A stretch of DNA of 64,000 nucleotides from Nitrosopumilus sp. (GTDB lineage: Archaea > Thermoproteota > Nitrososphaeria > Nitrososphaerales > Nitrosopumilaceae): NCBI GenBank assembly GCA_965219345.1, contig OZ244732.1, forward strand, positions 960,001 through 1,024,000, given 5' to 3'. A program made the position numbers and the translations under genes. Numbering within the stretch: position 1 is the first letter of the stretch; every line of letters begins with the position of its first letter. Positions 9,888-19,556 of the stretch are shown here, piece by piece. The notes beneath the pieces were generated by a model. The model was not told where the DNA came from and searched no databases. It saw only the letters and a list, made by a program, of their open reading frames with translations.

Positions 9888-9976
9888 GTTGGCGTCGCCA
9901 AGCATGGTATGGCGTGAGTCTGATAAACTCAAATCTGATACCTTCGGATTCGCCGGTTCAAATCCGGCCGCCAACG
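9888..9976 (+). tRNA. class II tRNA with Ser-type body and GAT (Ile) anticodon
   Basis: Acceptor GTTGGCG/CGCCAAC, D-arm GCC-AAGCATGGTAT-GGC, anticodon stem TGAGT/ACTCA with loop CT-GAT-AA (9922-9924), 7-bp variable arm AATCTGA/TCGGATT, T-arm GCCGG-TTCAAAT-CCGGC, discriminator G; TTTATAA box ~25 nt upstream. Confidence 0.9.
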
Positions 9977-10030
9977 GGTTTATGCTAAATGTAATATTCA
10001 CTATTATAAAAGATCATAGTATCAATTAAT

Positions 10031-11221
10031 TGTGGGATCCTGAAAGTAGTATACCCCCTATCTGACATCGTATTCCTCTCCCGTTTGTTCGTCAATAACT
10101 GTTTGTCCTGGGGATGGCATCTTTCTGGTGAATGCCCGCGCCGGTGTCTCTAGGTTGTCCAGATCAAGTGACATGTGTGGCCGGTCGTGGTTGAACCATT
10201 CCACAAACCGCTCCACGGGATCCGTCTTTGGTTTCGTGTTGAACGGTCCGCCCACACGGTCCGTCTCGGATCCTGCTGAACGCACCGTTCTGTAGGCCGA
10301 CTCCTCCTCGAAGAGGTGCAGTTTGCGCTGGAGTTCACCGTGAACCCTCTCGAGCTTGCCGTTTGTCTGCGGGTGTCTTACACGCGCCAGGATCTGCCTG
10401 ATGCCCAGCGACACCAGCTCCAGCTCAAATTCGGAGGCGCCTTTCTTCTTGTACTGCCCCTCGTTGGCGTAGAACTGGCTGCCGCGGTCAGTCAGAATGG
10501 ACGCGGGTTTGCCGTGCGCCTCCATTGCTGCCCTGAGAACCTCGATTGCGTGCCTGGAGGTGGCCTGATCAAAGACGCCGTATCCGACAATAAACCTGGA
10601 GGCGTCATCCAGATAGGCGATAAACCACCTTCCGTCATCCAGCTGCTTGTAGTCTGTGTGCCACATCGAGTTGGAGTAGGTGCGCTCAAAGCGGATCCAT
10701 TTGCGCCTCTTGCTCTTCTTGGGCTGCCTTGCCGACAGGTTGTTGTCCCTCATTATGCCGTGTACGGCATTGTGAGGGATATGTATTCCCTCTTCCTCCT
10801 CGATCAGTCGCTCCGTGCGGACGGCCCCCTGGCGGTGCCTGCAGTGTGCAGAGAGGACCGCAGTGTTCCCTGCGACCCGGAAGACCATTCTCGGGCCTGC
10901 CCATGCTAGCCGGGTAGACTATCCTGTCAGGTTCCACACCCTTGTACCTGGCCCACAGTTTCTTTACCCAGATCTCGGAGATGCCCATGGTATCTGCAAT
11001 CTGCCTGTTGGTCGTTTTGCCGGCCTTCTTCTGCAGGATTATCCACTTTACCTTTGACTCGTCAAGTTTTCTCATGACCCTGATGCGGCGCCTTCCGATA
11101 TGTCTCCACCTCTGTGTGCGCTTTAGGAACCCACGTACCATCATCTCAATTCTGCGTCTTGCTTCAGTCAGTATGCGTCCCTCCTATTTTGAGGGGGGTA
11201 TACTACTTTCTGGACTATACA
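10031..11221 (-). mobile_element. IS481-family insertion sequence (1,191 bp)
   Basis: TGT...ACA ends, 28-bp imperfect TIR (17-bp core GAAAGTAGTATACCCCC), 15-bp TSD ATAGTATCAATTAAT at 10016-10030 and 11222-11236. Confidence 0.93.
10058..11144 (-). pseudogene. IS481 transposase (rve/DDE), frameshifted near 10862
   Basis: The HTH N-terminus is in ORF 10686-11144; WHTDYK, LDDASR, LTDRGSQF and PQTNGKLER are in ORF 10058-10888. Confidence 0.85.
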
Positions 11222-11248
11222 ATAGTATCAATTAATGATTTAACCATA

Positions 11249-11549
11249 ATGAATATATTAATTCGTAAAGCAACACAAAAAGACATACAGACTATATTGG
11301 AACTATTATACGAGTTAGGATGTCCAATGCAAAACTCATTAATGTGAATCTCACTGATGCAAATCTCCATAATGCAAATCTTACTAATACAGATCTAACC
11401 AATACAAAATTCCATAAGCAAACCTCTCTTATGCAGACCTTAGTGGTGCAAACCTCTATAGATCAAACCTCTCTTATGCAAACCTCATGGGTGCAAAACT
11501 CACTGGTGCAGGCCTTAAGGATACAGCATTAAATAAGAAATTTTACTAA
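11249..11549 (+). pseudogene. chimeric remnant: GNAT N-terminus fused to pentapeptide-repeat fragment
   Basis: MNILIRKATQKDIQTILELLYELG, then (frameshifted) ANLHNANLTNTDLT and ANLSYADLSGANLY pentapeptides. Confidence 0.7.
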
Positions 11550-11634
11550 TTCGACAAAACTTCATTGGTCATTTAAATTACAAAGAAAATTTCAAAATAG
11601 TTTCTTTAAATAACAAAATCGATGTCCATTATTA

Positions 11635-12291
11635 TTGGGTCTAAGAGAAATTGAACTTCAAGAAGAATATCGTTCAGATAGAAATGATATTGCATCGGAA
11701 TTTTTCTTTCCTTGCCTAAGTAATTGTATCGAGTATGATAGATGTGTTGACTTTTTGTCGATTCAGACGTTAGCCACAATCTCTATGGCATTTGATAATT
11801 TTGTTGCGGGTAAAGCAAAATTAAGAATTGTTACAGGCCACAGATTTAGAGCAGCAGATCTTGATCTATTTACAAAACTCTTTGATGCGAAATACACGAA
11901 ATCGTTTGAAGGAAAACAAATCAAAAACACCAAAATTGAAAAAATTGCAAGATTTTTTGACAATGGCCAAATTGAATTAAAGATTGCAATCCCAAACTCA
12001 GAAGAAGTTGCAGATTCATTCTCAGAGAGAATTGGGATATTTAGAGATGAGCATGATCAGATTGTTGCATTTACTGGTACCTCTAGTGAATCATTCTCTA
12101 CTCAGACAATAGATTTTGAATCCGTAGATGTGTTTACGTCATGGAATGACAAATCACGGGTTGAAAGAAAGATGAAAGATTTTGAGGATCTGTGGGAGAA
12201 CAAGACGAAATATGTGCAAGTTTATGATTTTATGTATGCAATAAAAAACAATCTTTTAAGATATTCATCTGAATGGGTATTACAAGATTAA
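11635..12291 (+). CDS. stand-alone PLD-like domain resembling the N-terminus of restriction/SF2 helicases
   Basis: EEYRSD..FFFPCL..YDR, RIGIFRD..IVAFTGTS, FESVDVFTSW; the HxK motif is degenerate. Confidence 0.65.
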   Translation: MGLREIELQEEYRSDRNDIASEFFFPCLSNCIEYDRCVDFLSIQTLATISMAFDNFVAGKAKLRIVTGHRFRAADLDLFTKLFDAKYTKSFEGKQIKNTKIEKIARFFDNGQIELKIAIPNSEEVADSFSERIGIFRDEHDQIVAFTGTSSESFSTQTIDFESVDVFTSWNDKSRVERKMKDFEDLWENKTKYVQVYDFMYAIKNNLLRYSSEWVLQD

Positions 12292-12851
12292 AGCTGAAAT
12301 GACTCTTCTAATCTAGCTTTGTTTTCATAGAAATTCATTCTATTGATTTTATAGTAGATAACTTCACCACGACGTTCAATGACTGCAATAATTGGTTCTT
12401 TTCCCATCTGAGTGATCTCTTCAATCTTTTTCTGTAGATTGCCCATCTTTTCTTGTTGGCCCTCATTAAGGCCGAAGATTAGAAATTTTGCACCCTTTTC
12501 GCCAAAGTGTCCTCTTTCATAAACTCTAAAGTCCGAACCAAACCCAAAACCGTCCTTTACAACATAACCGCGATTTCGAAGATCTCGGTATATCAAAAAT
12601 TTGGTTAGAATTTCAGGATTTATTTTTTGACAAAGACTCATGAAAGAGTTAAAATCAATCTGTTTTTTTCCTTTCTTTAGGGTTAGTCTTTTAGCGTATA
12701 ACAGGTAAAGAGTTTCAAATTGTTTTAGGAGTAATTTTCCTTTTTCAATTTCCCCATATCCCTTTTGCTCAAGTTCATGAATCATATTCTTATCAGAGAT
12801 GTAAGTCTGACTTGAAATCATCTCACCCTTGACCAAAGGAGTTTCTTCCAT
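12288..12851 (-). CDS. endA: tRNA-splicing endonuclease
   Basis: IYRDLRNRGYVVKDGFGFGSDFRVY motif. Confidence 0.9.
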   Translation of the reverse strand: MEETPLVKGEMISSQTYISDKNMIHELEQKGYGEIEKGKLLLKQFETLYLLYAKRLTLKKGKKQIDFNSFMSLCQKINPEILTKFLIYRDLRNRGYVVKDGFGFGSDFRVYERGHFGEKGAKFLIFGLNEGQQEKMGNLQKKIEEITQMGKEPIIAVIERRGEVIYYKINRMNFYENKARLEESFQL

Positions 12852-12950
12852 GATGAAGAGAAAGCCAAAGGATTTCCATATAAGCATTGGATAACATGAA
12901 TAAATGCTGGGTTAACCGTTAAAATATGGGCATTCTTGTTTTAGGATGTC

Positions 12951-13460
12951 ATGCATGGTGCAAATTATAGAAGAGGAGTTGGGCAAGCTTTTACTAGAAA
13001 GGAGTACATCAAAGGTAAACCACAGATAAAAATTGCAAAATTTCAAGGTGGTAAAAGAGGAACATACCAATATCGTGTTCAATTAAGTCTAAACGAAAAG
13101 ATTCAGATCAGACATATGGCAATCGAGTCAACCAGATTAGCAGCAAACAAGACATTGGAGAAAACAACTGGAGAAACAGGTTATTATTCCAGACTAAGAA
13201 TTTATCCACATATTCTTCTAAGAGAAAACAAACAGATTGCAACTGCAGGTGCAGACAGAATTTCAGAAGGAATGAGAAGATCATGGGGTAAAGCCACAAG
13301 TTTAGGTGCTAGAGTCAAACAAGGTCAATGTATAATGGAGTTATACGTAAATGGTAATGATCATTTAGAGGCAGCAAAGAAAGCTCTCAAAGGCGCATGT
13401 GTAAAATTACCTGGCACACCAACAATCTCAATGCTTGAATGGAACAAACCATCACCATAA
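12951..13460 (+). CDS. rpl10e: 50S ribosomal protein uL16 (L10e)
   Basis: YPHILLRENK..AGADRISEGMRRSWGK. Confidence 0.95.
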   Translation: MHGANYRRGVGQAFTRKEYIKGKPQIKIAKFQGGKRGTYQYRVQLSLNEKIQIRHMAIESTRLAANKTLEKTTGETGYYSRLRIYPHILLRENKQIATAGADRISEGMRRSWGKATSLGARVKQGQCIMELYVNGNDHLEAAKKALKGACVKLPGTPTISMLEWNKPSP

Positions 13461-13715
13461 ATTTTCTAAATTAGATTTCTTGGTTTTGATAAATTCTAAA
13501 AACTCTTCAAATTCTTCTTTAGTTGGCTCTCGATTAAGAATTCTTTTGGATTGATAGTAAAAGGAGTTGTAAATTCTACCCACTACAATACCTAAAGCAA
13601 ATGATTTTGAACCGTCAATGTTTGATAGAAATTGAATTAATTGTTTGATTTCATCCTTATTCGAAACTGTATCTTGAATTTTTTCCTCCATCTTCTTTAG
13701 AAGAATTTTATCCAT
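13452..13715 (-). CDS. conserved thaumarchaeal hypothetical protein
   Basis: GRIYNSFYYQSKRILNREPT motif; clean ORF. Confidence 0.75.
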   Translation of the reverse strand: MDKILLKKMEEKIQDTVSNKDEIKQLIQFLSNIDGSKSFALGIVVGRIYNSFYYQSKRILNREPTKEEFEEFLEFIKTKKSNLENLW

Positions 13716-13778
13716 ATTGTATCTTAATTGAAATAGTTAAAAACAGTTTAATATCCAAATTTAGCCTCTAGGATTGTT

Positions 13779-13855
13779 GCAGTTATAGTACAGTTTGGTT
13801 AATATTCTAGCTTGCCAAGTTAGTGACCCGGGTTCAAATCCCGGTAACTGCACCA
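13779..13855 (+). tRNA. tRNA-Gly(GCC) with encoded CCA
   Basis: GCAGTTA/TAACTGC acceptor, CTAGC-TTGCCAA-GTTAG anticodon arm, CCGGG-TTCAAAT-CCCGG T-arm, ACCA end. Confidence 0.95.
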
Positions 13856-14286
13856 TCTATCTTTGATTTCTTTGCTAGCCCATTATGAATAATTTCCAGT
13901 GCATCATGAGCTTTTTCTGGACGAGGCAATTGAATCATAAACACATTGTCCTTTCCGTAATGAGAATGTGGAGAAGAGAGAGCAAGCATGGATGTTTTTG
14001 CAAGAGATTCAAAAAATGAAAGATCAGATTTTGCGTTAACTAGAAATTTTTCAACAATATTTCCTCTTGAAAATGTTAAAACAACTTCAACAAAAACATT
14101 TCCTTGCCCATCGTGGAGAATTTTTAGATCAGTATTAATCGATAAAGGTTGTCCAGCAACTTTTGAGAGCATATCATCGTATTTTTCTTCTTCAATTACA
14201 ATACATGGGGTGTTCTTACCATCAAAATCAAAAGTGGTAATTCCATCATGGACTTGGTCTAACAGTCTCTTTAATTCATCAGACAT
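13834..14286 (-). CDS. hypothetical protein
   Basis: 150-aa ORF coupled to the antiporter; 3' end overlaps tRNA-Gly. Confidence 0.75.
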   Translation of the reverse strand: MSDELKRLLDQVHDGITTFDFDGKNTPCIVIEEEKYDDMLSKVAGQPLSINTDLKILHDGQGNVFVEVVLTFSRGNIVEKFLVNAKSDLSFFESLAKTSMLALSSPHSHYGKDNVFMIQLPRPEKAHDALEIIHNGLAKKSKIDGAVTGI

Positions 14287-15625
14287 TTTCTTTCTTTTCT
14301 ACTACAGGTATTATTCTATCACCAGCTTTCATCAAAAAGGGAGTAAGAATTGCGGTAATTATGGAAATCATACCTATCAAAGGGAATAAGAAAGCACTAA
14401 CTGCACCCATATCTACTCCAACCTTTACAATTACAATCGAGAATTCGCCTCTTGGAGCTGCTAAGGAAAATGCAGAACGGAGTGCTTTGCCACGTTTTTG
14501 TCTAAATATGATATTCCCAATCATATTACCTCCAAACTTCATGCCAGTGGCAACTGCAATCAAAACAATGGCTATAACAATATAATTTTCAAGCTGGGAA
14601 GCATCCATCAGTGCACCAACTGAGATAAAGAATATGGCTACAAACATGTCTTTTATTGGACTTGAAAGAAGTTTTGAAACTTCGGCTGATCTGGATTCGG
14701 CAACAAGTACACCTGCTAAAAATGCTCCAATTGCTACAGATAATCCCACAATGTTTGCAAATAAGGCATATCCAAAACAGAGACCAAGAACACTGAGCAG
14801 TAAAATTTCACGATGTTCTGTAGCTGCAACTCTATCGATTAGTGGAGGAATTACACGGGTTCCAACAGTAAACGTTCCAACAATAAGAGCAATTGCAACT
14901 GTCACTACTGCAATAATGGATTCTATAGATACAGTTCCAACTAAAGCAATAGATTGCAATGAAGAAATTAGAATAACCGCAATCACATCTTCAACAATTA
15001 AAATACCTAGGACAAGTAAAGAGGACTCTTTTTTGATTTGCCCCGTATCCTCAAAAATTTTAACAATAATTGCAGTACTTGATATTGATAGTGCCGCTGA
15101 AATAAATAATGCATCCATAAATTGAAGCCCAAGCACACTAGCAACGTAAAATATGACGCCCATTGTTGAAAACAACCCTACAGTCCCAATTCCAACTGCT
15201 TTACGACCAATGCTTTTGATTTTTGAATATGGGAATTCAATACCTATTACAAAAAGAAGCAAGATGACACCAATTTCAGCAAAAAGATTCAATGCCTCAG
15301 TATCAGATAAAATTCCTACAGCTCCTAAAACTTCAGAATTAGGGCCGCCTTCGGGTAAAAGCCACGACCAAAATGGTGACAGAGGACCAAGCAACATTCC
15401 TGCAAAAAGATAGCCAATGATCAAAGGTTGTTTTATTTTAAAAAATGCAAGTGTAACTACAGCACCAATAATCATGATAAAAGCTAAATCAGTAACAAAA
15501 CTCGTGTGAGGAAGTTCAGGAGTAATCTGTTCAATTAAACTGGTGACAGTGTTATTTAGAGTGCTTTGAATCCCACTTGAATCTAGTTGAAGTGGAATAT
15601 TTTGCATAATATTATTTTTAAGCAA
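14279..15625 (-). CDS. CPA2 cation:proton antiporter (KefB-like)
   Basis: AEIGVILLLFVIGIE, SISSTAII, GILIVED, GAFLAG and PRGEFS motifs; multiple TMs. Confidence 0.9.
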   Translation of the reverse strand: MLKNNIMQNIPLQLDSSGIQSTLNNTVTSLIEQITPELPHTSFVTDLAFIMIIGAVVTLAFFKIKQPLIIGYLFAGMLLGPLSPFWSWLLPEGGPNSEVLGAVGILSDTEALNLFAEIGVILLLFVIGIEFPYSKIKSIGRKAVGIGTVGLFSTMGVIFYVASVLGLQFMDALFISAALSISSTAIIVKIFEDTGQIKKESSLLVLGILIVEDVIAVILISSLQSIALVGTVSIESIIAVVTVAIALIVGTFTVGTRVIPPLIDRVAATEHREILLLSVLGLCFGYALFANIVGLSVAIGAFLAGVLVAESRSAEVSKLLSSPIKDMFVAIFFISVGALMDASQLENYIVIAIVLIAVATGMKFGGNMIGNIIFRQKRGKALRSAFSLAAPRGEFSIVIVKVGVDMGAVSAFLFPLIGMISIITAILTPFLMKAGDRIIPVVEKKENV

Positions 15626-15850
15626 ATTTGTTTAAAAATGATTATTCGCTTAAAATTTAGAAATTAAATGATAGAATATTAAATAATTGAAGACAGGCTC
15701 AATATTATGATCATCATGTTTAATCCCTTTATTCCAAGTTAATCATAATCCAAATGCAGAGTGATGATTAGGTCATCTGAATAAAATGTAGAGATATGAC
15801 CTGGGGTATCTGACTGCATAATTGGTTACGTTGTAATTACCCAATTATTA

Positions 15851-15875
15851 ATAGTACGGTATCATACCGTACTAT
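15851..15875. promoter_or_regulatory. perfect 25-bp palindrome (putative operator) between TATA-like box and ATG
   Basis: ATAGTACGGTAT-C-ATACCGTACTAT immediately before ATG 15876. Confidence 0.7.
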
Positions 15876-15983
15876 ATGATTCAATGCGAATTTTGCACGA
15901 GAGGATTTATTGAAACAGCAAATGGTTTGGCTGAAAAGACCTTTCATGAACTACTTCATGAACCACAAGTTGTAAACAAGTAA
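15876..15983 (+). CDS. C2H2 zinc-finger microprotein (35 aa)
   Basis: MIQCEFCTRGFIETANGLAEKTFHELLHEPQVVNK*; CxxC...HxxxH; T-rich tract downstream. Confidence 0.65.
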   Translation: MIQCEFCTRGFIETANGLAEKTFHELLHEPQVVNK

Positions 15984-16044
15984 CTCTTTACATTTTTTAT
16001 TTTAGAGCTAACTTTTTTATCATTAAATTTTTAATTTAATTCAT

Positions 16045-17433
16045 ATGGCTAAAAAGACTGTAAAGAGAAAAACAACCAAAGTAGCAAGCCAAACAAGAAA
16101 AATTACAAAAAGGGAGCCAAGTCAGTCTGTATTACTTAAGAATGTTGCATCATTTTCGGATTCTAACAAGGCTTTGCAAAAAGAGATCAAAGTTATGTCA
16201 AAAATTTTTGGTGAAAATCAAAAGGTCCTAGTATCAATGAAAGGAATGATAGATTCTCTATCATCTACATTAGAACACATTCAAAAACAATCTAAACAAA
16301 TCAACATCATAGAAGCAGATACACAAAAACTATACTCTGGATTAAGTCAAGTAAGAACACAATCTAACCTGGTCAATAAGATCAATGATCAAACTGCTAA
16401 ATTACAAGGAGAGGTAAACAGAATCTCTGATTTTCAAAAATCATCAAAGTCAGTATCTCAACAAGTAACAGATAGTATGGATTCAATTAAAAATAATTCT
16501 CAAATGATTATCAAAATTGCTCAGAGGATTGATGATGTTAGAGATGATCTCAGGAAGGTTTCTGGAAAAACAGACTCATTTTTAGAAATTAGTTCTGAAA
16601 TGAGTAAACTGAAAAACAGCATAGAAGGGATTTCAGGAAAAACCGGAGGAACAGGAACTCAAATTATTGAAAGTCTCAAACAAGAACTTGGAAAAATTGT
16701 TGATGGTACATCCTTTACATCAAATCTTAATGCCGAATTAGAGGCAATTAAGATCACAATTGATGCAATATCTTCCAAAGCCTCAAAAATTGATTCATTG
16801 GGAGGTGTAATTGATGGCCTCAAACAACAATTTGATACTATTGCATTAAAGGCAAATTCTGTAGAGGGTTTGAGCCTAGAATCTATCAAAGAACTTGAAG
16901 GTAAAATAAATAGAATCGAACAAAAAATGGCGTCGGTTTCAGACATTGTAAAAAGACAGGATGCATCGACTGTAGAATTTCATAAAAAATCTGAAAAATT
17001 ATTTGAAGAGATGCAAGCAGTCAAAAATGTTACAAGCAAAGCAACAAGTGATTCATCACAGGAGATGATGGCATTGTTGAAGCTTTCAGAATATCAATCA
17101 AACATCAGAATGAATGCAGAATCAAAGTATGGGGATTCAAAAGATCTTGAAAAGATGGCATCACAAACTGCGGATATTGTTAATCTTTTTGATAGAATTT
17201 CAATAGAATCGGGTGATAAGATTCCACTCCCTCACGAAGTGAGACAATGGGCTATTAGTAAAATTTTTGATTGTGCAGATAAATGGGAGATTCGATTTAG
17301 TGATATCTATTCAATTTTAACAAATGCAATTGGAAGAGACATGTTTAAAGAAACTGTGAGAATTCAGCAAGTTAGAGACATTTATGGAATTAGAGCAGTA
17401 GATGAAATTAGAAATGATCTAAATATTTCTTAA
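16045..17433 (+). CDS. long coiled-coil protein
   Basis: Heptad-rich 462 aa with basic N-terminus. Confidence 0.8.
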   Translation: MAKKTVKRKTTKVASQTRKITKREPSQSVLLKNVASFSDSNKALQKEIKVMSKIFGENQKVLVSMKGMIDSLSSTLEHIQKQSKQINIIEADTQKLYSGLSQVRTQSNLVNKINDQTAKLQGEVNRISDFQKSSKSVSQQVTDSMDSIKNNSQMIIKIAQRIDDVRDDLRKVSGKTDSFLEISSEMSKLKNSIEGISGKTGGTGTQIIESLKQELGKIVDGTSFTSNLNAELEAIKITIDAISSKASKIDSLGGVIDGLKQQFDTIALKANSVEGLSLESIKELEGKINRIEQKMASVSDIVKRQDASTVEFHKKSEKLFEEMQAVKNVTSKATSDSSQEMMALLKLSEYQSNIRMNAESKYGDSKDLEKMASQTADIVNLFDRISIESGDKIPLPHEVRQWAISKIFDCADKWEIRFSDIYSILTNAIGRDMFKETVRIQQVRDIYGIRAVDEIRNDLNIS

Positions 17434-19502
17434 ACTCCTAGTTCATCAGCTTCTTTGAGTTGTTCTTTCTTTCTTTTTAATGCAGAAAATATTGCCATAA
17501 TTGCAACAATCCAGATTACACTATACAATACGTTTGGAGCACTAACATACATGTACGGAGTTGCATCCATAATGTTGATCCTTAACTGTAAAGCCCTATC
17601 ACTAACATCTATCATTCCTGTATGATATGCAGAGCTATCCTTTGGAACAGCTGAGATTTTCTCAACACCTGCAAGCATAAAGTTCACATCATTTTGTATT
17701 CTAAGGAAGTTTGTAGAGTCTGTAGGAAACATCCAAACGGGATTTTTGGAGATGACTTCCCCATTTGCATTTGTTGTTTCAAGTAAATTGGGATTTTCCA
17801 TAACAATATCCAGATCTGCTTGAATTGCCACCAAATGGGCACGAATTGCAACAGGATCAGACGAACCAATAATTCCATCAAGATGTCCTCTCATTCTATC
17901 AAGAGGGTAAATGTCTGTGTTGTAGCCAGTGATTGCCATAAATCCTCCAAAAACAATAATTCCAATTATTCCAATTATGGAAAGTTTGTAAACAATTTTT
18001 GCCATTTTCTCGTTCTTGGTCATAACATGGTTATCACTTGATTTATTTCTTTGAAATCGCGTATGAGATAGGCTCATGTAGGCAATGTAAAAAAATCCAA
18101 CAGTTTGCAATCCAATAATCGGTACAAATATGGGATTGTTTGAAAATATTGAGATAAAGATTGCTATTATTCCATATACGCCAAAAAATATTTCCAAAAG
18201 AGTAGTCTGGGAAAAAGGTAAATTATATGCCTTGTCTCGCCAATCATCATCTTTTGTTATGATTCCATATTTTGGAGTTCTAAGAAATTCATTTTTCTTT
18301 CCAAGTACTGCATCAAAGACTGCAACAGTATTATTTACTGACAGTCCAGCATTGTAAACCAGTAATGCAGGTAGTATCTTTGCTTTTGATTTCCATGACT
18401 TGTGATACATACTCTGTATAATCACGAGGTATGCACCTGGCCCCATTGCAAGATATGCTGCAATTGTTATGGCAGGAAGAAAACTAACCACATAAAGATT
18501 AACTTGTCCTGCTAACAAAATTGGCAATGCCAAAAATTGTATCAGCATTAATGGATAAACTATATGACGAGTCAGTTGTATGAATGCTTGAATCTTTGCT
18601 TCAACTGCAACCTTTCGTTTAATGGCAATATCAAAAAGTAGCTTTATTGCACATTGAACAGAGCCTTTTGCCCATCGGAATTGTTGTCTTTTAGCTGCAT
18701 TCATCTGAGCAGGGAGTTCCGCATCAACTACAATGTCAGGCAAGAATACACATTTCCATCCTTTCATTTGTGCTCTGTAACTAAGATCAAGGTCTTCAAC
18801 TAGCGTGGCAGTATGCCAACCTCCGGCATCTTCAATACATTCACGTTTCCAAATTCCAGCAGTACCATTGAAATTCATGAAGAGATGCGAATTGCTTTTT
18901 GCTTTTTGTTCAATGAGAAAATGAAAGTCGAGAGCAAGTGCTTGGGCTTGAGTAATCGCAGAATAGTTTTCATTTACATGCCCCCAACGGCATTGAACAA
19001 GACCAATGTTTGATTTTGAAAAGTAAGGAATTGCTCGTTTGAGAAACCATGTTGGAGGAATAAAGTCAGCATCAAATATGGCGACAAATTCGGAATCTGT
19101 TGTCTGCATAGCGTGTTTCAGAGCACCTGCTTTGTACCCATTTCTTGTTCCGCGTCTTACATGTTCAATTAGGAATCCTTGCTTTTTGTAACCACTGACC
19201 ACATTTCTAACCAATTCAACAGTATCATCATCAGAATCATCTAACACCATAATTCTCATTTTCGCTTTTGGATAATCCAAGTTGCATACTGAATCGACGA
19301 GTCTCTTTGCAACATACTTTTCATTGTATATTGGAAGTTGAATTGTAATTGACGGGGTTCCCACATCAATAGTAGGCAAAACATCTTTTCTTTTTCGAGA
19401 AAGAAATGCCAGATAGTAAAAATTGCAAGTATATGCAATAATTATGATGGCTGCTACAATAAACAGATCAAAAATAATTTGGGTGAAAGGATTGATTGCC
19501 AT
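17430..19502 (-). CDS. GT2 glycosyltransferase, cellulose synthase-like (CslA/C type)
   Basis: QLPIYNE, GYKAGAL, FDADF, VEDLDL, QQFRW motifs; TMs. Confidence 0.92.
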   Translation of the reverse strand: MAINPFTQIIFDLFIVAAIIIIAYTCNFYYLAFLSRKRKDVLPTIDVGTPSITIQLPIYNEKYVAKRLVDSVCNLDYPKAKMRIMVLDDSDDDTVELVRNVVSGYKKQGFLIEHVRRGTRNGYKAGALKHAMQTTDSEFVAIFDADFIPPTWFLKRAIPYFSKSNIGLVQCRWGHVNENYSAITQAQALALDFHFLIEQKAKSNSHLFMNFNGTAGIWKRECIEDAGGWHTATLVEDLDLSYRAQMKGWKCVFLPDIVVDAELPAQMNAAKRQQFRWAKGSVQCAIKLLFDIAIKRKVAVEAKIQAFIQLTRHIVYPLMLIQFLALPILLAGQVNLYVVSFLPAITIAAYLAMGPGAYLVIIQSMYHKSWKSKAKILPALLVYNAGLSVNNTVAVFDAVLGKKNEFLRTPKYGIITKDDDWRDKAYNLPFSQTTLLEIFFGVYGIIAIFISIFSNNPIFVPIIGLQTVGFFYIAYMSLSHTRFQRNKSSDNHVMTKNEKMAKIVYKLSIIGIIGIIVFGGFMAITGYNTDIYPLDRMRGHLDGIIGSSDPVAIRAHLVAIQADLDIVMENPNLLETTNANGEVISKNPVWMFPTDSTNFLRIQNDVNFMLAGVEKISAVPKDSSAYHTGMIDVSDRALQLRINIMDATPYMYVSAPNVLYSVIWIVAIMAIFSALKRKKEQLKEADELGV

Positions 19503-19556
19503 ATGCCTAATTTCTCAGAATTACTATTTGCTATTTATACTTGCAAAAAATTGAAA

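Noticed and set aside
9888-9976. tRNA-Sec, tRNA-Ser(TGA) or ordinary tRNA-Ile
   Set aside because: The stem register fixes the anticodon as GAT; the fold is 7/5 rather than Sec-like; the long variable arm and G73 do not fit canonical tRNA-Ile
9777-10001. 74-aa minus-strand ORF
   Set aside because: It is the antisense of the tRNA plus AT-rich intergenic sequence
10686-10888. Programmed frameshift in the IS481 transposase
   Set aside because: No slippery heptamer at the junction; IS481 transposases are normally single ORFs
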